From Thermostichus sp. DRC_bins_24 (GTDB lineage: Bacteria; Cyanobacteriota; Cyanobacteriia; Thermostichales; Thermostichaceae), in the NCBI GenBank assembly GCA_039794845.1, contig JAUQVK010000100.1:1-43164 (forward strand): a stretch of 43,164 nucleotides of DNA. Direction: 5' to 3'. Position 1 is the stretch's first letter; every line of letters starts with the position of its first letter. Position numbers and translations under genes: made by a program. Shown piece after piece: positions 9,830 to 20,883 of the stretch. Below the pieces are notes generated by a model. The model was not told where the DNA came from and searched no databases. It worked only from the letters and a program-made list of their open reading frames with translations.

Positions 9830-11557
9830 ATGAGAACCTTTCCCTCCCCTGAAGCGTTGCGGCGTTTGCCGACTGGGCTTGCGGATGTGGCCGTTATTTT
9901 CGGCACCCTGGTGCTGCTGGCGGTGATGGCCCAGGTGGGGGTAGGGGCTTTTGTGCAGTTTCAGCCTCCCGCCGTGGTGCCGCAGATCGACTTGGATCCG
10001 CGCAATTTGCCCTACTATGCGGCGCGTTCGACGTTGCGCATGTTCATTGCTCTGGGGTTTTCCACCCTCTTTACCCTGATCTACGGGTACATCGCCGCCA
10101 AGAGTCGCTGGGCTGAGCGGATTATGGTTCCGCTGCTGGATATTTTGCAGTCGGTGCCGGTCTTGGGATTTTTATCCATTACAGTTACCGGGTTTATTGC
10201 TCTTTTCCCGGGCAGTTTGCTGGGGTTGGAGGCGGCCTCTATCTTTGCCATCTTTACCAGCCAAGTCTGGAACATGACCTTCTCTTTTTATCAATCTCTG
10301 CGCACCATTCCCAAAGAATTATCAGAAGCCACCACCCTCTATCGTCTCTCCGGTTGGCAACGCTTTACCCGGTTGGAGGTGCCCGCAGCAATGGTGGGTT
10401 TACTTTGGAACGCCATGATGAGTTTTGGGGGCGGATGGTTTTTTGTGGCCGCCAGCGAAGCGATCAGCGTACTCAATCAGGACTACACCCTGCCGGGGAT
10501 TGGATCTTATGTGGAAGCCGCCATTCGCGCCGAAGATCTGCCCAAATTGGGGTGGGCTTTGTTGACCATCGCCATTGTGATTGTGTTGGTGGATCAACTG
10601 TTTTGGCGGCCTTTGATCGCCTGGTCGGATAAGTTTCGCTTGGAGCAGAGTGCCGGGGTGGCCGCCCCAGAATCTTGGCTCTATGACCTGTTGACCACGG
10701 CTCGGATCCCACGCTTGCTCAATGAATGGCTAAGCCCGCTAAGGGAATGGGGGGATCGAGTCCTGTCCGCTTGGAGTCAACCCCACCCTGTGGCTCCTCC
10801 GGATCCACGGCGGCAGCAGCAACGGGAGCGGCTGTTGACCCAGAGCTTGTTGGTTTTGATCGGGGCCATTGGGGTGTGGATCCTCAATTTCATTGGCACC
10901 ACGGTGGGGTTTGGCGAGGTGGTGCTCACCTTTGGGCTAGGTCTACTCACTTTGATGCGAGTGGTATTGCTGTTGGTTTTGGCCACCGTGATTTGGACCC
11001 CCATTGGGGTGGCGATTGGGTTTAACCCTCATCTGGCGCGATTCTTGCAGCCGGTGGTGCAATTTTTGGCGGCCTTTCCGGCCAATTTCATCTTCCCGTT
11101 TGCCACGTTGTTTTTTATTCGCTCTCACATCAGCATCGAGTGGGGCAGCATTCTGCTCATGTCTTTGGGAGCACAGTGGTACATCCTCTTCAATTCCATT
11201 GCCGGGGCCCAGAGCATTCCCACGGATCTGCGAGAAATGGCGGTGGATGTGGGGTTGAAGGGGTGGCAGCGCTGGCGGCGGCTGATCATCCCTGGGATCT
11301 TTTCGGCTTGGGTGACAGGGGGGGTAACCGCCAGTGGTGGCGCTTGGAACGCCAGCATCGTCTCGGAAATTGTGGCCTGGGGATCCACCACCCTGACGGC
11401 GACCGGGTTGGGCACCTATATTGCTGAGGCCACGGCGGTGGGAGATTGGCCCCGCATCACCTTGGGAATTGGCATGATGAGTTTGTTTGTGGTGGGCTTT
11501 AATCGCTTGTTCTGGCGGCGGCTTTACCAATTGGCGGAAGACAAATATCACCTTTGA
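9830..11557 (+). CDS. NitT/TauT-family ABC transporter permease (duplicated TM domain)
   Basis: Two BPD_transp-like repeats; motifs PLLDILQSVPVLGFL and GGAWNASIVSE. Start may be the GTG at 9821. Confidence 0.92.
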   Translation: MRTFPSPEALRRLPTGLADVAVIFGTLVLLAVMAQVGVGAFVQFQPPAVVPQIDLDPRNLPYYAARSTLRMFIALGFSTLFTLIYGYIAAKSRWAERIMVPLLDILQSVPVLGFLSITVTGFIALFPGSLLGLEAASIFAIFTSQVWNMTFSFYQSLRTIPKELSEATTLYRLSGWQRFTRLEVPAAMVGLLWNAMMSFGGGWFFVAASEAISVLNQDYTLPGIGSYVEAAIRAEDLPKLGWALLTIAIVIVLVDQLFWRPLIAWSDKFRLEQSAGVAAPESWLYDLLTTARIPRLLNEWLSPLREWGDRVLSAWSQPHPVAPPDPRRQQQRERLLTQSLLVLIGAIGVWILNFIGTTVGFGEVVLTFGLGLLTLMRVVLLLVLATVIWTPIGVAIGFNPHLARFLQPVVQFLAAFPANFIFPFATLFFIRSHISIEWGSILLMSLGAQWYILFNSIAGAQSIPTDLREMAVDVGLKGWQRWRRLIIPGIFSAWVTGGVTASGGAWNASIVSEIVAWGSTTLTATGLGTYIAEATAVGDWPRITLGIGMMSLFVVGFNRLFWRRLYQLAEDKYHL

Positions 11558-11575
11558 ATATCAGGAAATTCGGGT

Positions 11576-12925
11576 ATGAATTCAGTTTTGATTCAGGTTG
11601 AGGATGTTCACAAGCGTTTTCCTCTGCCGGAAGGTAAGGGGGAGTTTACGGTTTTAAGCCACGTCAGCCTCGAGGTGAGAGCAGGGGAAGTGTTGGCCCT
11701 TTTGGGCCGCAGTGGCAGTGGCAAAAGCACCCTGTTGCGGATTATGGCGGGGTTGATCCCCCCCAGCCAGGGGCAGGTGTTGAGCAATGGCAAGCTCCTG
11801 CGGGGGGCCAATGCCGATGTGGCGATGGTGTTTCAAAGTTTTGCCCTGTTGCCCTGGTTAACAGTGCAGGAAAACGTCGAGCTGGGGTTGCAAGCCCAAG
11901 GGATCCCTCGCGAAGAACGCCGGCAGCGGGCCCTCAAAGCCATTGATTTGGTGGGGTTGGATGGTTTTGAAAGTGCCTACCCCAAGGAACTCTCGGGGGG
12001 CATGAAGCAGCGGGTGGGGTTTGCCCGCGCCTTTGTCTTGGAGCCGAAGGTGCTGTTTATGGATGAGCCCTTTAGCGCCCTGGATGTGTTGACGGCGGAG
12101 AACCTGCGGGGGGAAATTGACGATCTCTGGAATGCCGGTGCGTTTCCCTCCCAGAGTATTTTAATCGTTACTCACAACATCGAAGAGGCGGTCTTTTTGG
12201 CGGATCGGGTGGTGATTTTGGGGGCCAATCCGGGGCGGGTGCGGGGGGAGGTGAAGATCGACCTACCCCGGCCCCATGATCGAGCGGATCCCCGCTTTAA
12301 GTCTTTGGTGGACTACATCTACACGATCATGACCAACCCCGAGATCGAAGTGACCGGGGAGGTGGCGGTGCCAGCACCGGTTGTGGATAAAGTCCTCTCT
12401 CCCTATGCCCGTCCACTGCCCTATGCCCGAGTGGGAGGGATCAGCGGCCTGTTGGAGCTGATTGTGGAGCATCCCGAAGGCAAGGTGGATATTGCCCACC
12501 TGGCGGAGCGGATCCAACTGGCGGTGGATGACCTGCTGCCGATTTTGGATGCGGCAGTACTCTTGGGGTTTGCCGAAGTTTCCGAAGGGGAAGTCCATCT
12601 CACAGAGATTGGCCGAGACTTTGCCACCACCACGATTTTGCGCAGTAAAGATCTGTTTCGGCAGCAACTGTTGGAACGGGTGCCCGTATTTAAGAGTATT
12701 CTGCAAACCCTAGCCGAGAAACGCAGCCGCTCGATGCGGGGAGATTTCTTTTTGGATCTGTGGGATGAACACTTTCCCCATGCGGAAGCAGAACGCCAGT
12801 TTGCCACCGCCATCGACTGGGGCCGCTACGCGGAGCTGTTTGAATACGATGCCCTCGAAGAACGGCTGTACCTAGCGGAAACAACTCCAGAGCCCGTTGG
12901 GGTTGGCCAAAACACAGGGGAGTAG
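11576..12925 (+). CDS. NitT/TauT-family ABC ATP-binding protein with C-terminal AAA-associated domain
   Basis: Walker A GRSGSGKST, signature LSGGMKQR, Walker B LFMDEPF, C-terminal WGRYAELFEYD. Confidence 0.95.
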   Translation: MNSVLIQVEDVHKRFPLPEGKGEFTVLSHVSLEVRAGEVLALLGRSGSGKSTLLRIMAGLIPPSQGQVLSNGKLLRGANADVAMVFQSFALLPWLTVQENVELGLQAQGIPREERRQRALKAIDLVGLDGFESAYPKELSGGMKQRVGFARAFVLEPKVLFMDEPFSALDVLTAENLRGEIDDLWNAGAFPSQSILIVTHNIEEAVFLADRVVILGANPGRVRGEVKIDLPRPHDRADPRFKSLVDYIYTIMTNPEIEVTGEVAVPAPVVDKVLSPYARPLPYARVGGISGLLELIVEHPEGKVDIAHLAERIQLAVDDLLPILDAAVLLGFAEVSEGEVHLTEIGRDFATTTILRSKDLFRQQLLERVPVFKSILQTLAEKRSRSMRGDFFLDLWDEHFPHAEAERQFATAIDWGRYAELFEYDALEERLYLAETTPEPVGVGQNTGE

Positions 12926-13085
12926 CTGTGCAGATATCCTATGCCACGCCGCTGCACTGAGCTTTAACTGCAAGCAGCCCCGCGCTCTATGCGTTAGGGT
13001 GTTGGCGTGAGCCCGTCGTTAGGCATTGCGTCGGGAGTATGTTACCTCCTGAACCAACGGCTCTCTTGCGACTCTGCCCTCTTTG

Positions 13086-14093
13086 TTAGCTGAGAAAACC
13101 TGGAGCCAGTGAGGATTGCAAGTCCGGCAATGCCGATACAATGCCATAGGCAAGCATCAGACGTGCTGCTTCGGCCCAGACCTCAGCATCGATAACACCG
13201 AGTGGCCCGCCCTTACCTCGCACGTAGGGCTCCAGCAGTTCGAGTGTGCGGGTTTGGTAGGCCACATCTTTGTAGGGTGACCCTTCAGGCACAAAGCGCT
13301 CTACCACAAGAGCAGCCGCCCGCGGCTTGTCTGCCAAGGCCTTGGCCCAGCCCTCGAAGGTGGCCGCCAGAAAGGCACGTACCACTTCCGGTTTCTCGGT
13401 CAACAGGCGCTCTGAGGCAACAATTGTCTGGGCGGTGGACAAGAACCCGTGCTCGCTCAAGCGCAGAACCTTGGGCTCAAAACCGTATTTTGCCGCCACT
13501 CCAATGGGTTCGTCGATGACGTAGCACTGCACCGCCGCGAACTCGCCAGAGACAACGCGATCAAACTTGTCAGCATAGGGGATCTCCACCACGTCGATGT
13601 CGGTGATCCCGTTGACCCCCTTGACCAACTCCATCACTTTGATTCCATCCACATGAACACCGACACGCTTGCCCACGAGATCCGTGAGGTTTTCGAGGGC
13701 AGCCTCTGGCACCGTCATCAGTCCGTAGGGCGAGGCATGGAACATTGTGGCCACTGCCTTCACCGGGGCACCGGCGGCCTGGGCTGCGATGATGAGGTTT
13801 TGCTCGGCGCAAGCCATATCCACGGTTCCCTCGGCCACAGCATCGATCACGTTCAACCCATCTGACCACTCACGAATTTGCACAGACAGATCGGAGGCGG
13901 CGTAGAGACCTTCTGCCTCGGCAAGGAAGAGGCCCGCAAACTGAGCGTTGTATTTCCAGTCAAGCTGGAATGTCAGTGGTGTTGTTGCAGATGCCAACCG
14001 CGGCAGCATAAACGTCGCCAAGGCAGCTGTTCCAGTTGCAAGAACGGCTCGGCGACTGCGGAGTGTTCTTATGGGCGTCAACTCTTTGGGCAC
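13086..14093 (-). CDS. NMT1/THI5-like ABC substrate-binding protein with Tat-type signal
   Basis: SRRAVL leader; motifs LDWKYNAQFAG...A..EGLY and VRAFLAATFEGW..A. Confidence 0.88.
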   Translation of the reverse strand: MPKELTPIRTLRSRRAVLATGTAALATFMLPRLASATTPLTFQLDWKYNAQFAGLFLAEAEGLYAASDLSVQIREWSDGLNVIDAVAEGTVDMACAEQNLIIAAQAAGAPVKAVATMFHASPYGLMTVPEAALENLTDLVGKRVGVHVDGIKVMELVKGVNGITDIDVVEIPYADKFDRVVSGEFAAVQCYVIDEPIGVAAKYGFEPKVLRLSEHGFLSTAQTIVASERLLTEKPEVVRAFLAATFEGWAKALADKPRAAALVVERFVPEGSPYKDVAYQTRTLELLEPYVRGKGGPLGVIDAEVWAEAARLMLAYGIVSALPDLQSSLAPGFLS

Positions 14094-14416
14094 TTGATTA
14101 AGAGGGGAATAAAGACACCCTAAGCTTGTATGCTTTTTAGGACATAGTTTTGTATCCCTTCTTACAAGAGAAAGATCTCCACACTATCAGAGAAGTTGAG
14201 ATTGCAAGGGATCCGTCTCTTAGCCCAGAAAGTGACCCATCTGCAGGGATCCCTGCGATCCGGTTTGTCGGCTCGAGCTCACTTGGTTGAACATCTCTGG
14301 AACTGCAGGCTCGAGCTCGGTTGCTTGATCTTGTGAGGTACTTCAAGGCTGAACTTAAAGGGACTGCGCAGCAAGCCCCTTGTTGCGACTTTGCGACCTA
14401 CAGGCCGAGGAGGATG

Positions 14417-15460
14417 TCAACCAAACCGACCGGCACGACGCACACTGAAGCGACCAACTCCCACCTGCTGGCCATCTACAATGATTTCAACGCGATAACG
14501 ACCCACCGGAATCAAACCACTGGGTTGCAAAAGGGAACGAACAGTATCGTAGGCCTGATCCCAAACTAGAGAAAACTCCCGCAAAAGTTGCTCGCCACCG
14601 AGCTCACCCTCTTCGTAGATCCAACGCACGCGTACATCGGCACCGCTACGGGTTGACAAAGGCATCAAGGCCCACATGCCAGTGTCGGTACTTTTGAACT
14701 CGCTTGTCGGTGCTCCTACGGATCCGTCTCCCTGCACCTCGTGGAGGGTGACCGGGGTTAAATCGCTCCTAGCTGCCGGCTCTGATGCAGGCGCAGTATC
14801 CTTTTGCGCTTCTTCACCGAGGCGATCCAGCTCCCTCAGCAAAGCTGTTTGCTGTTCGAGCAAACCGCGAATCTCGTCCGCGGCTTTGGGTGTATCTGGC
14901 GCGGTTGCCGTTCTTCCAGGGGTTGTGCCACTTGAGCTGGCTAGAGATTTGATCCTGGCGTGGTCAAGGGTTGCAAGGTCCCCATCGAGCAGTGTGCTGA
15001 AGCGCTGGCGCAACTCGGCGCTCATCTGGGGTGAATTCACCGCATAGGCGACCCGAAGGGTGCTGTCGGCCATCCTGGCTATGCGTCCGATTTCGTGTTG
15101 GGAGGCAAAGCCATATTCAGCATTACAGCCGGCACTGCGAAACTCGTAAAGAACATCTGTGCTGGCCTCACGGTGGAACTCAAAGCTGCTCTCGGGGCAG
15201 TTCATCAGGAGCCGATCCCGGAGATTGTTGGCAACGACCCGCGGCACATCCGGCCCTTTAATGGTCATAAAGGTCAGCATCTCGTACCAACTGGCCAGGT
15301 TTTCATCCGGTCGGAGCAAAACGGTCGTACTCACACGCTCGTTGTCCACCTGATCCACAATCACCCACTCATTGGGATCCCCCTGGATGGTAATGTTGCC
15401 CGCAGGACTCAGGCTGGCAGATGCATAAAGAAGTGCAGCGATCAAGCTGGCCTGCACCAT
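14417..15460 (-). CDS. Secreted two-domain hypothetical protein (347 aa)
   Basis: ATG at 15460 follows a GGAGG RBS. Signal-like MVQASLIAALLYASA, Pro/Ala/Thr linker with short coiled coil, Ig-like C-terminus (PVGRYRVEIIVDGQ.VG..RFSV). Confidence 0.75.
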   Translation of the reverse strand: MVQASLIAALLYASASLSPAGNITIQGDPNEWVIVDQVDNERVSTTVLLRPDENLASWYEMLTFMTIKGPDVPRVVANNLRDRLLMNCPESSFEFHREASTDVLYEFRSAGCNAEYGFASQHEIGRIARMADSTLRVAYAVNSPQMSAELRQRFSTLLDGDLATLDHARIKSLASSSGTTPGRTATAPDTPKAADEIRGLLEQQTALLRELDRLGEEAQKDTAPASEPAARSDLTPVTLHEVQGDGSVGAPTSEFKSTDTGMWALMPLSTRSGADVRVRWIYEEGELGGEQLLREFSLVWDQAYDTVRSLLQPSGLIPVGRYRVEIIVDGQQVGVGRFSVRRAGRFG

Positions 15461-15676
15461 AACCCCTCCTCCAAAACTCCCAAGGCAGTAACTCTTTATC
15501 TTTCTGTGCAGAAAATCGAGGCAGATTCTTCGCCTTTTCACTTCCAATCTATAGGGATCCCCACAGCAGGAACTGCTCAACTTGACAGGGCTTTCGGATA
15601 AACGGTTACACTCGAGGTTGTTCACAGGGATCCCTACCTGCCCGTCCTCTATCCCCAGCTCCTGTTAGCTCTTTGT

Positions 15677-15729
15677 TCCCAATTTATAGGGATCCCAATT
15701 TATAGGGATTAATAGGGATCCCCATAGGG
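15677..15729. repeat. Tandem 16-bp duplication TCCCAATTTATAGGGA x2 plus degenerate TAGGGA units
   Basis: 15677-15692 and 15693-15708 are identical; their junction forms GGGATCCC. Confidence 0.85.
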
Positions 15730-15874
15730 TGGAGACACCTCAACGTTGTCACGCCCTTGATTGAGGAACCAGATCAAGTTGGCCCCGGACTCGCCGAAAT
15801 GAAGGCCATCAAAAATGAATGCAAGAAACTGAGCTTACACCCTCTGCTTCAGTCCTGTCTCCCCATAAAGAGCG

Positions 15875-15974
15875 ATACACTTTCTGACTTCTCTCTCCCG
15901 CTCTGGGAGAGGGGTTACGCTGGTGCCATGCTGCGCGAAGGGGGGGGAGGGCAAGTGTTGCAAACTCAATCCAA
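15875..15974 (+). repeat. Dispersed ~100-bp intergenic repeat, copy 2
   Basis: Inverted match to 530-628; internal hairpin CTCTCCC-GCTCT-GGGAGAG. Confidence 0.9.
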
Positions 15975-16097
15975 AGAACCATATCGCTGGTGCAGGGACT
16001 AGAAATGCCTGTGGATGTCAGGATTGGTGTAGCCAAACCCCTTCTGAAACCTCTTGAACAGATGCCGATCTCAGCCTGTAATGGGCTTGTGAATCAT

Positions 16098-17249
16098 TCA
16101 ATAGGGAGGAATGATTCCCTTCAGCAGCCGGAAAAGAGATGGCCCCATGGAGTTCACCTCGAGATTTAGATTTGGATCCGACACAGGCTCCTCGGGGGCA
16201 GGAGTTTCGCGGCGAATTTCCTGGGCTTCCACCACTTGAAAAATGAGGGTAAAGGGACGGCCCACTTCTGATTCCACAAATTCCTCGAGTAGGGTAACCT
16301 GCCTAGGGGTAACCGGCTCATCAGCTCGTACCGACAACACCACTTCCGGCGGATAAACCACCCAGTTAAAGTCACTGCGCACCAGAGTTACCCGTTGAAA
16401 GGTGATGGTTTTATTCAACAAAGCCGAGCGCAATGCCGACTCCAGTCGAGCTTGATACAGAAGCCGCGTCATCCCGGCCCCCAGCGGTATGATCAGCAAC
16501 ATCACCAACCCCAACATCCAGGACAATGCCGAACGAGCCTTGTGTAGGGGTGCGTAGCCCATGGCCAGGAAGGTAATCATACAAGCCAGCGCGATCCCCA
16601 GCAGGTTGGTGGCATACAACAGGCTCGCCCCTAAGCTGGTTCTCCAATCGGCATGGGCCAATCCCAAACCAATGACACAAACCGGCGGCATCAACGCCAC
16701 CGCAATGGCAACCCCCGCCAAACTATCGGAGATCTCCTTGCGTACTCTGGCAAAAGCACCAATTCCCCCTGCTGCCAGCGCCACTCCCAAATCCAACAGG
16801 TTGGGTTGCGTGCGGGCCAGCACTTCACTGCCCCAATTGGGAAGACCCACCCACCACCCCAGCAGGAAAGACACCCCCACCCCAATACCGGTGCCCACAA
16901 CAATAGAGAGGGTGCCGGTACGGAACAGGACAAAATTGCCCTCCAAAGCCCCCATGGCCATGCCGCGAATCGGCAGCATCAAAGGTGCCACGATCATCGC
17001 CCCGATAATCACCGCCGGGCTATTGGCCATCAACCCCAACGTGGCAATCACGCAGGAGCCGATCACCAACATCAAGTAGTTCAGGCTGAGGCGAGACTCC
17101 TGCATCAACTCCACCATCAACTCGGCATACTCTTCTGGAGTAGCCATCGGTAGCCGCCAATGTTGGGGCTTTAGCCAACTCTTGGTTTGTGGGATCAAGC
17201 TGGTTTCGGATCTGCTGTCAGCAGACGAAGGGAGCCGGTTCATATCCAT
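16098..17249 (-). CDS. DUF389 (TIGR00341-like) membrane protein
   Basis: Motifs IATLGL..NSPAVIIGAMIVAPLM.PI, RTQPNLLDL and GVAIAVALMPP. Confidence 0.92.
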   Translation of the reverse strand: MDMNRLPSSADSRSETSLIPQTKSWLKPQHWRLPMATPEEYAELMVELMQESRLSLNYLMLVIGSCVIATLGLMANSPAVIIGAMIVAPLMLPIRGMAMGALEGNFVLFRTGTLSIVVGTGIGVGVSFLLGWWVGLPNWGSEVLARTQPNLLDLGVALAAGGIGAFARVRKEISDSLAGVAIAVALMPPVCVIGLGLAHADWRTSLGASLLYATNLLGIALACMITFLAMGYAPLHKARSALSWMLGLVMLLIIPLGAGMTRLLYQARLESALRSALLNKTITFQRVTLVRSDFNWVVYPPEVVLSVRADEPVTPRQVTLLEEFVESEVGRPFTLIFQVVEAQEIRRETPAPEEPVSDPNLNLEVNSMGPSLFRLLKGIIPPY

Positions 17250-17338
17250 ATTGGGGCTTCCAGTCTTGGGTTTCTTGGGCTCTGGGCAACGCCTTAGCCT
17301 TGGGCTTTCAGCAGTTTAACTTGACCCAAGAAAGAGGC

Positions 17339-18229
17339 TCACGCTCCGCCTTTGGGAGAACGGCGCATCAAGTCTTGCACCGCTTCGGCATGGTAGGAAC
17401 TGCGGGTCAAGGGGGAAGACACCACCTGCAAAAACCCCATCTCTTCTCCCACCTGCCGCCAATGGTCAAACTCCTCTGGGGTGATGTAGCGCTCCACCGG
17501 CAAATGCTTGGGGCTAGGCTGCAGATATTGGCCCAGGGTGAGAATGTCGCACTTCACCTGTCGCAGATCCTGCATCACTTGAAGAATCTCTTCGGCGGTT
17601 TCTCCCAAGCCCAACATTACCCCTGACTTGGTGTACAGGCTGGGATCCCGTTGTTGAGCCAGTTCCAGCAGCTTGAGGGAGCGCTCATAGTTCCCCTGCG
17701 GGCGGACCCGGCGATAGAGGCGCGGCACCGTTTCCGTATTGTGGTTGAGCACCGTCGGCCTGGCGGCCAAAATGAGTTCCAAAGCTGGCCAGTTGCCGCA
17801 CAAATCGGGGATCAACACTTCAATGGTGGTCAGGGGCATGCGCCGACGAATCGCCTCAATGCAAGCCACAAACTGACGGGCTCCCCCATCCGGTAGATCA
17901 TCCCGATTTACCGAGGTAATCACCGCGTGGCGCAGGCCTAAGCGTTCCACCGCCTCCGCTACCCGTGCAGGTTCGGTGGCATCCAAGGGTTGAGGGCGTT
18001 TTTCAAAGTCAATATCACAGTAAGGACAGGCTCGCGTACAGGCGGGCCCCATGATCAAAAAGGTGGCGGTGCGGTTGGCAAAGCATTCCCCCAGGTTCGG
18101 GCAAGAGGCCTCTTCACAAACCGTATTCAGGCGCAAATCCCGCAGAAGCTGTTTGACGGATCCCACCCGTTGCGGCGCTTTCACCCGCAGCCAAGGAGGT
18201 TTGCCAGTGGGAAGAGAAGAAGCACTCAA
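17339..18229 (-). CDS. lipA: Lipoyl synthase
   Basis: Motifs [22 protein letters not shown] and RSSYHA. Confidence 0.97.
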   Translation of the reverse strand: MSASSLPTGKPPWLRVKAPQRVGSVKQLLRDLRLNTVCEEASCPNLGECFANRTATFLIMGPACTRACPYCDIDFEKRPQPLDATEPARVAEAVERLGLRHAVITSVNRDDLPDGGARQFVACIEAIRRRMPLTTIEVLIPDLCGNWPALELILAARPTVLNHNTETVPRLYRRVRPQGNYERSLKLLELAQQRDPSLYTKSGVMLGLGETAEEILQVMQDLRQVKCDILTLGQYLQPSPKHLPVERYITPEEFDHWRQVGEEMGFLQVVSSPLTRSSYHAEAVQDLMRRSPKGGA

Positions 18230-18416
18230 GGGAAAAACTCCAACAGCACAAGAGCAGCAACCGTACCCTTCAGCTTATCTTGCCTGCCTCGTTGCCGCGG
18301 GATCCCTCGGGTGCCAATCTCTGCTAGCGGTACCGATTGGCCCAGACCGGCTCGGAAGCAAGACCCAAAACGGGGCATACTGGAAAGCGAATGTCGAGCG
18401 ATAGGGATCCCCCCAC

Positions 18417-20417
18417 ATGGTTGTTGCTGCTCCTCCCTCCCTAGAACAACTCTCCATCAACACGATTCGCTTTTTGGCGGTGGATGCTGTTCAGAAGGCC
18501 AAATCCGGTCACCCTGGCTTGCCGATGGGGGCAGCACCGATGGCCTATGTGCTTTGGCAACAATTCATGAAATTCAACCCCCGCAACCCCAAGTGGGTGG
18601 ATCGGGATCGCTTTGTGCTCTCGGCGGGGCATGGCTGTATGTTGCAGTACGCGCTGCTGCACCTGAACGGCTTTGATGTGACGATGGAGGATCTAAAGCA
18701 GTTTCGCCAGTGGGGATCCAAAACCCCCGGTCACCCGGAAAACTTTGAAACCCCGGGGGTGGAGGTGACCACCGGCCCGCTGGGTCAAGGGGTGGGAAAT
18801 GCCGTCGGCTTGGCGATTGCCGAGGCCCACTTGGCGGCCCGCTTTAATAAGCCCGGCCACACGATTGTGGATCACTATACCTATGTGATCTTGGGGGATG
18901 GCTGCAACATGGAGGGGGTGGCCTCAGAGGCGGCTTCTCTGGCAGGTCACCTGCAGTTGGGCAAGCTGATTATGCTCTACGACAGCAACCACATCTCCAT
19001 TGACGGCAACACCGAGATCGCCTTTACCGAGGATGTGGGCAAGCGCTACGAAGCCTACGGCTGGCACGTGCAAAAAGTGGAAGATGGCAACCACGACTTG
19101 AAGGCCATTGCCGAGGCCATCCAAAAGGCCAAAGAAGTGAGCAACAAGCCCTCTTTAATCATTGTCGAAACCACCATCGGCTACGGATCCCCCAACAAGG
19201 CCGGAACCGAAGGGGTGCACGGGGCGCCACTAGGGCCGGAGGAGGTGAAGCTGACCAAAGAAAACCTGGGTTGGCCGCTGGAGCCGGAGTTTTACATTCC
19301 CGATGAAGTGCTGGCCCACTTCCGCCAGTCGGTGGACAAAGGGGCTAAAGCTGAAGCGGAGTGGAACGAACGCTTTGCCGCCTACGAAAAGGCTTACCCT
19401 GCCGAAGCCGCCGAGTTTAAGCGGATCATGGCCGGAGAATTGCCTGCCGGCTGGAAAGAAGCTCTGGCCCCGATTGCCGAAACCGGCAAAGAATCTACCC
19501 GGAACCTCTCCAAGTTTTGTTTGAATGCATTGGCGGGGGCGGTGCCGGAACTGCTGGGGGGATCCGCCGACTTGGCCCACTCCAATATGACCTTTCTGAA
19601 GGGGATCCCGGAATTTCAGCCCGGATCCTACGAAGGGCGTAACTTCCGCTTTGGGGTGCGGGAACACGGCATGGGAGCGATTGCCAATGGCATGGCCTTA
19701 CACGGCGGCCTGATTCCCTACGACGCCACCTTTTTGATCTTCACCGACTACATGCGGGCGGCGATCCGGTTGTCGGCCCTCTCCCAGGTGCGGGTGCTGC
19801 ACGTCATGACCCACGACTCCGTCGCCTTGGGGGAAGATGGCCCCACCCACCAGCCGGTGGAAACCATTGCCTCGCTGCGGGCGATCCCCAACTTGTATGT
19901 GCTGCGCCCGGCAGATGCTCGCGAGACGGTGGGATCCTACCAAGTGGCTCTGGAGGCCAAAACAACCCCCTCGTTGCTGATCTTCACCCGCCAAGCGGTG
20001 AACCCGGTGGAGGGTACTTCCATTGAAGGAGTGGCCAAGGGAGGTTATGTGGTGGTGGATGCCCCCAGTCCAGAGTTGATCCTGATCGCCACCGGATCCG
20101 AACTGGAGCTGGCGGTAAAAGCGGCAGCCCAGCTCAAGGAAGCCGGAAAAGCGGTGCGGGTGGTCTCCATGCCCTGTATGGAACTGTTCGAGGCTCAGCC
20201 CCAGAGCTACCGAGACTCCGTGTTGCCCCCCAGCATCCGCAAGCGCATCTCTGTCGAGGCAGGATCCACCTTTGGTTGGCACAAGTACCTGGGGTTTGAG
20301 GGGGTGGCGATCGGTCTGGATCGCTTCGGAGCCTCGGCTCCTGGCCCGGTGTGCATGGAGAAATTTGGCTTCACGGTAGAAAACGTGGTCAATACCGCCA
20401 AGCAGCTGTTGGGCTGA
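18417..20417 (+). CDS. tkt: Transketolase
   Basis: Motifs [32 protein letters not shown] and GEDGPTHQP. Confidence 0.98.
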   Translation: MVVAAPPSLEQLSINTIRFLAVDAVQKAKSGHPGLPMGAAPMAYVLWQQFMKFNPRNPKWVDRDRFVLSAGHGCMLQYALLHLNGFDVTMEDLKQFRQWGSKTPGHPENFETPGVEVTTGPLGQGVGNAVGLAIAEAHLAARFNKPGHTIVDHYTYVILGDGCNMEGVASEAASLAGHLQLGKLIMLYDSNHISIDGNTEIAFTEDVGKRYEAYGWHVQKVEDGNHDLKAIAEAIQKAKEVSNKPSLIIVETTIGYGSPNKAGTEGVHGAPLGPEEVKLTKENLGWPLEPEFYIPDEVLAHFRQSVDKGAKAEAEWNERFAAYEKAYPAEAAEFKRIMAGELPAGWKEALAPIAETGKESTRNLSKFCLNALAGAVPELLGGSADLAHSNMTFLKGIPEFQPGSYEGRNFRFGVREHGMGAIANGMALHGGLIPYDATFLIFTDYMRAAIRLSALSQVRVLHVMTHDSVALGEDGPTHQPVETIASLRAIPNLYVLRPADARETVGSYQVALEAKTTPSLLIFTRQAVNPVEGTSIEGVAKGGYVVVDAPSPELILIATGSELELAVKAAAQLKEAGKAVRVVSMPCMELFEAQPQSYRDSVLPPSIRKRISVEAGSTFGWHKYLGFEGVAIGLDRFGASAPGPVCMEKFGFTVENVVNTAKQLLG

Positions 20418-20455
20418 GCTGAGTTCGTTTACGCCTTACGGTTGGCATAACCCCT

Positions 20456-20495
20456 AGACCCAGCAGGGATCCCCTCTCTGCCGGGTCTTTCTGTT
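20456..20495 (+). terminator. Probable intrinsic terminator after tkt
   Basis: Stem AGACCC-A-GCAG / CTGC-C-GGGTCT followed by TTCTGTT, between convergent genes. Confidence 0.55.
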
Positions 20496-20504
20496 GGTGT
20501 CTGG

Positions 20505-20759
20505 CTAGAGATCCGGACCAAAAACCGCGACGGTGGGGCAAAAAGTCTGGCAGAAAAGCACCTCCTCAGAGCAGGGGATACTGAAAGAGGTGGCGTAGCG
20601 AACTTCCCGCTTAACCAGCTTGTCTAACAAAACTTCCAGAGCATTCAGATCCGCTTCCGTACAAGGGTAATTACGCAGAAGGATGTAGAGAACAGCCTCC
20701 TGTTCCGGTGATAATACACCCGTTTCTAATGTATCTTTGACAATCGAGGGAATAATCAT
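20505..20759 (-). CDS. Small hypothetical protein
   Basis: 84 aa; I..IV..TL.TG.LS.EQE..L...L......D..AL..L...L pattern resembles a small cyanobacterial family. Confidence 0.7.
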   Translation of the reverse strand: MIIPSIVKDTLETGVLSPEQEAVLYILLRNYPCTEADLNALEVLLDKLVKREVRYATSFSIPCSEEVLFCQTFCPTVAVFGPDL

Positions 20760-20883
20760 GAAAAAGGCAGCTTGAAATTAAATCCATAACGTCTTTACTC
20801 TCCCCTTGAGGAGCAAGTTTTTGCCTCCGCTGATGTGCTGAAGTCTCTACGCTAATTGTCAATTGTGGAGCTGAAAAGAGGGT

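Noticed and set aside
14094..14416. TPP riboswitch upstream of the NMT1/THI5 gene
   Set aside because: No CTGAGA...CCTGA...TAAT...GCG.AGG core found on the minus strand.
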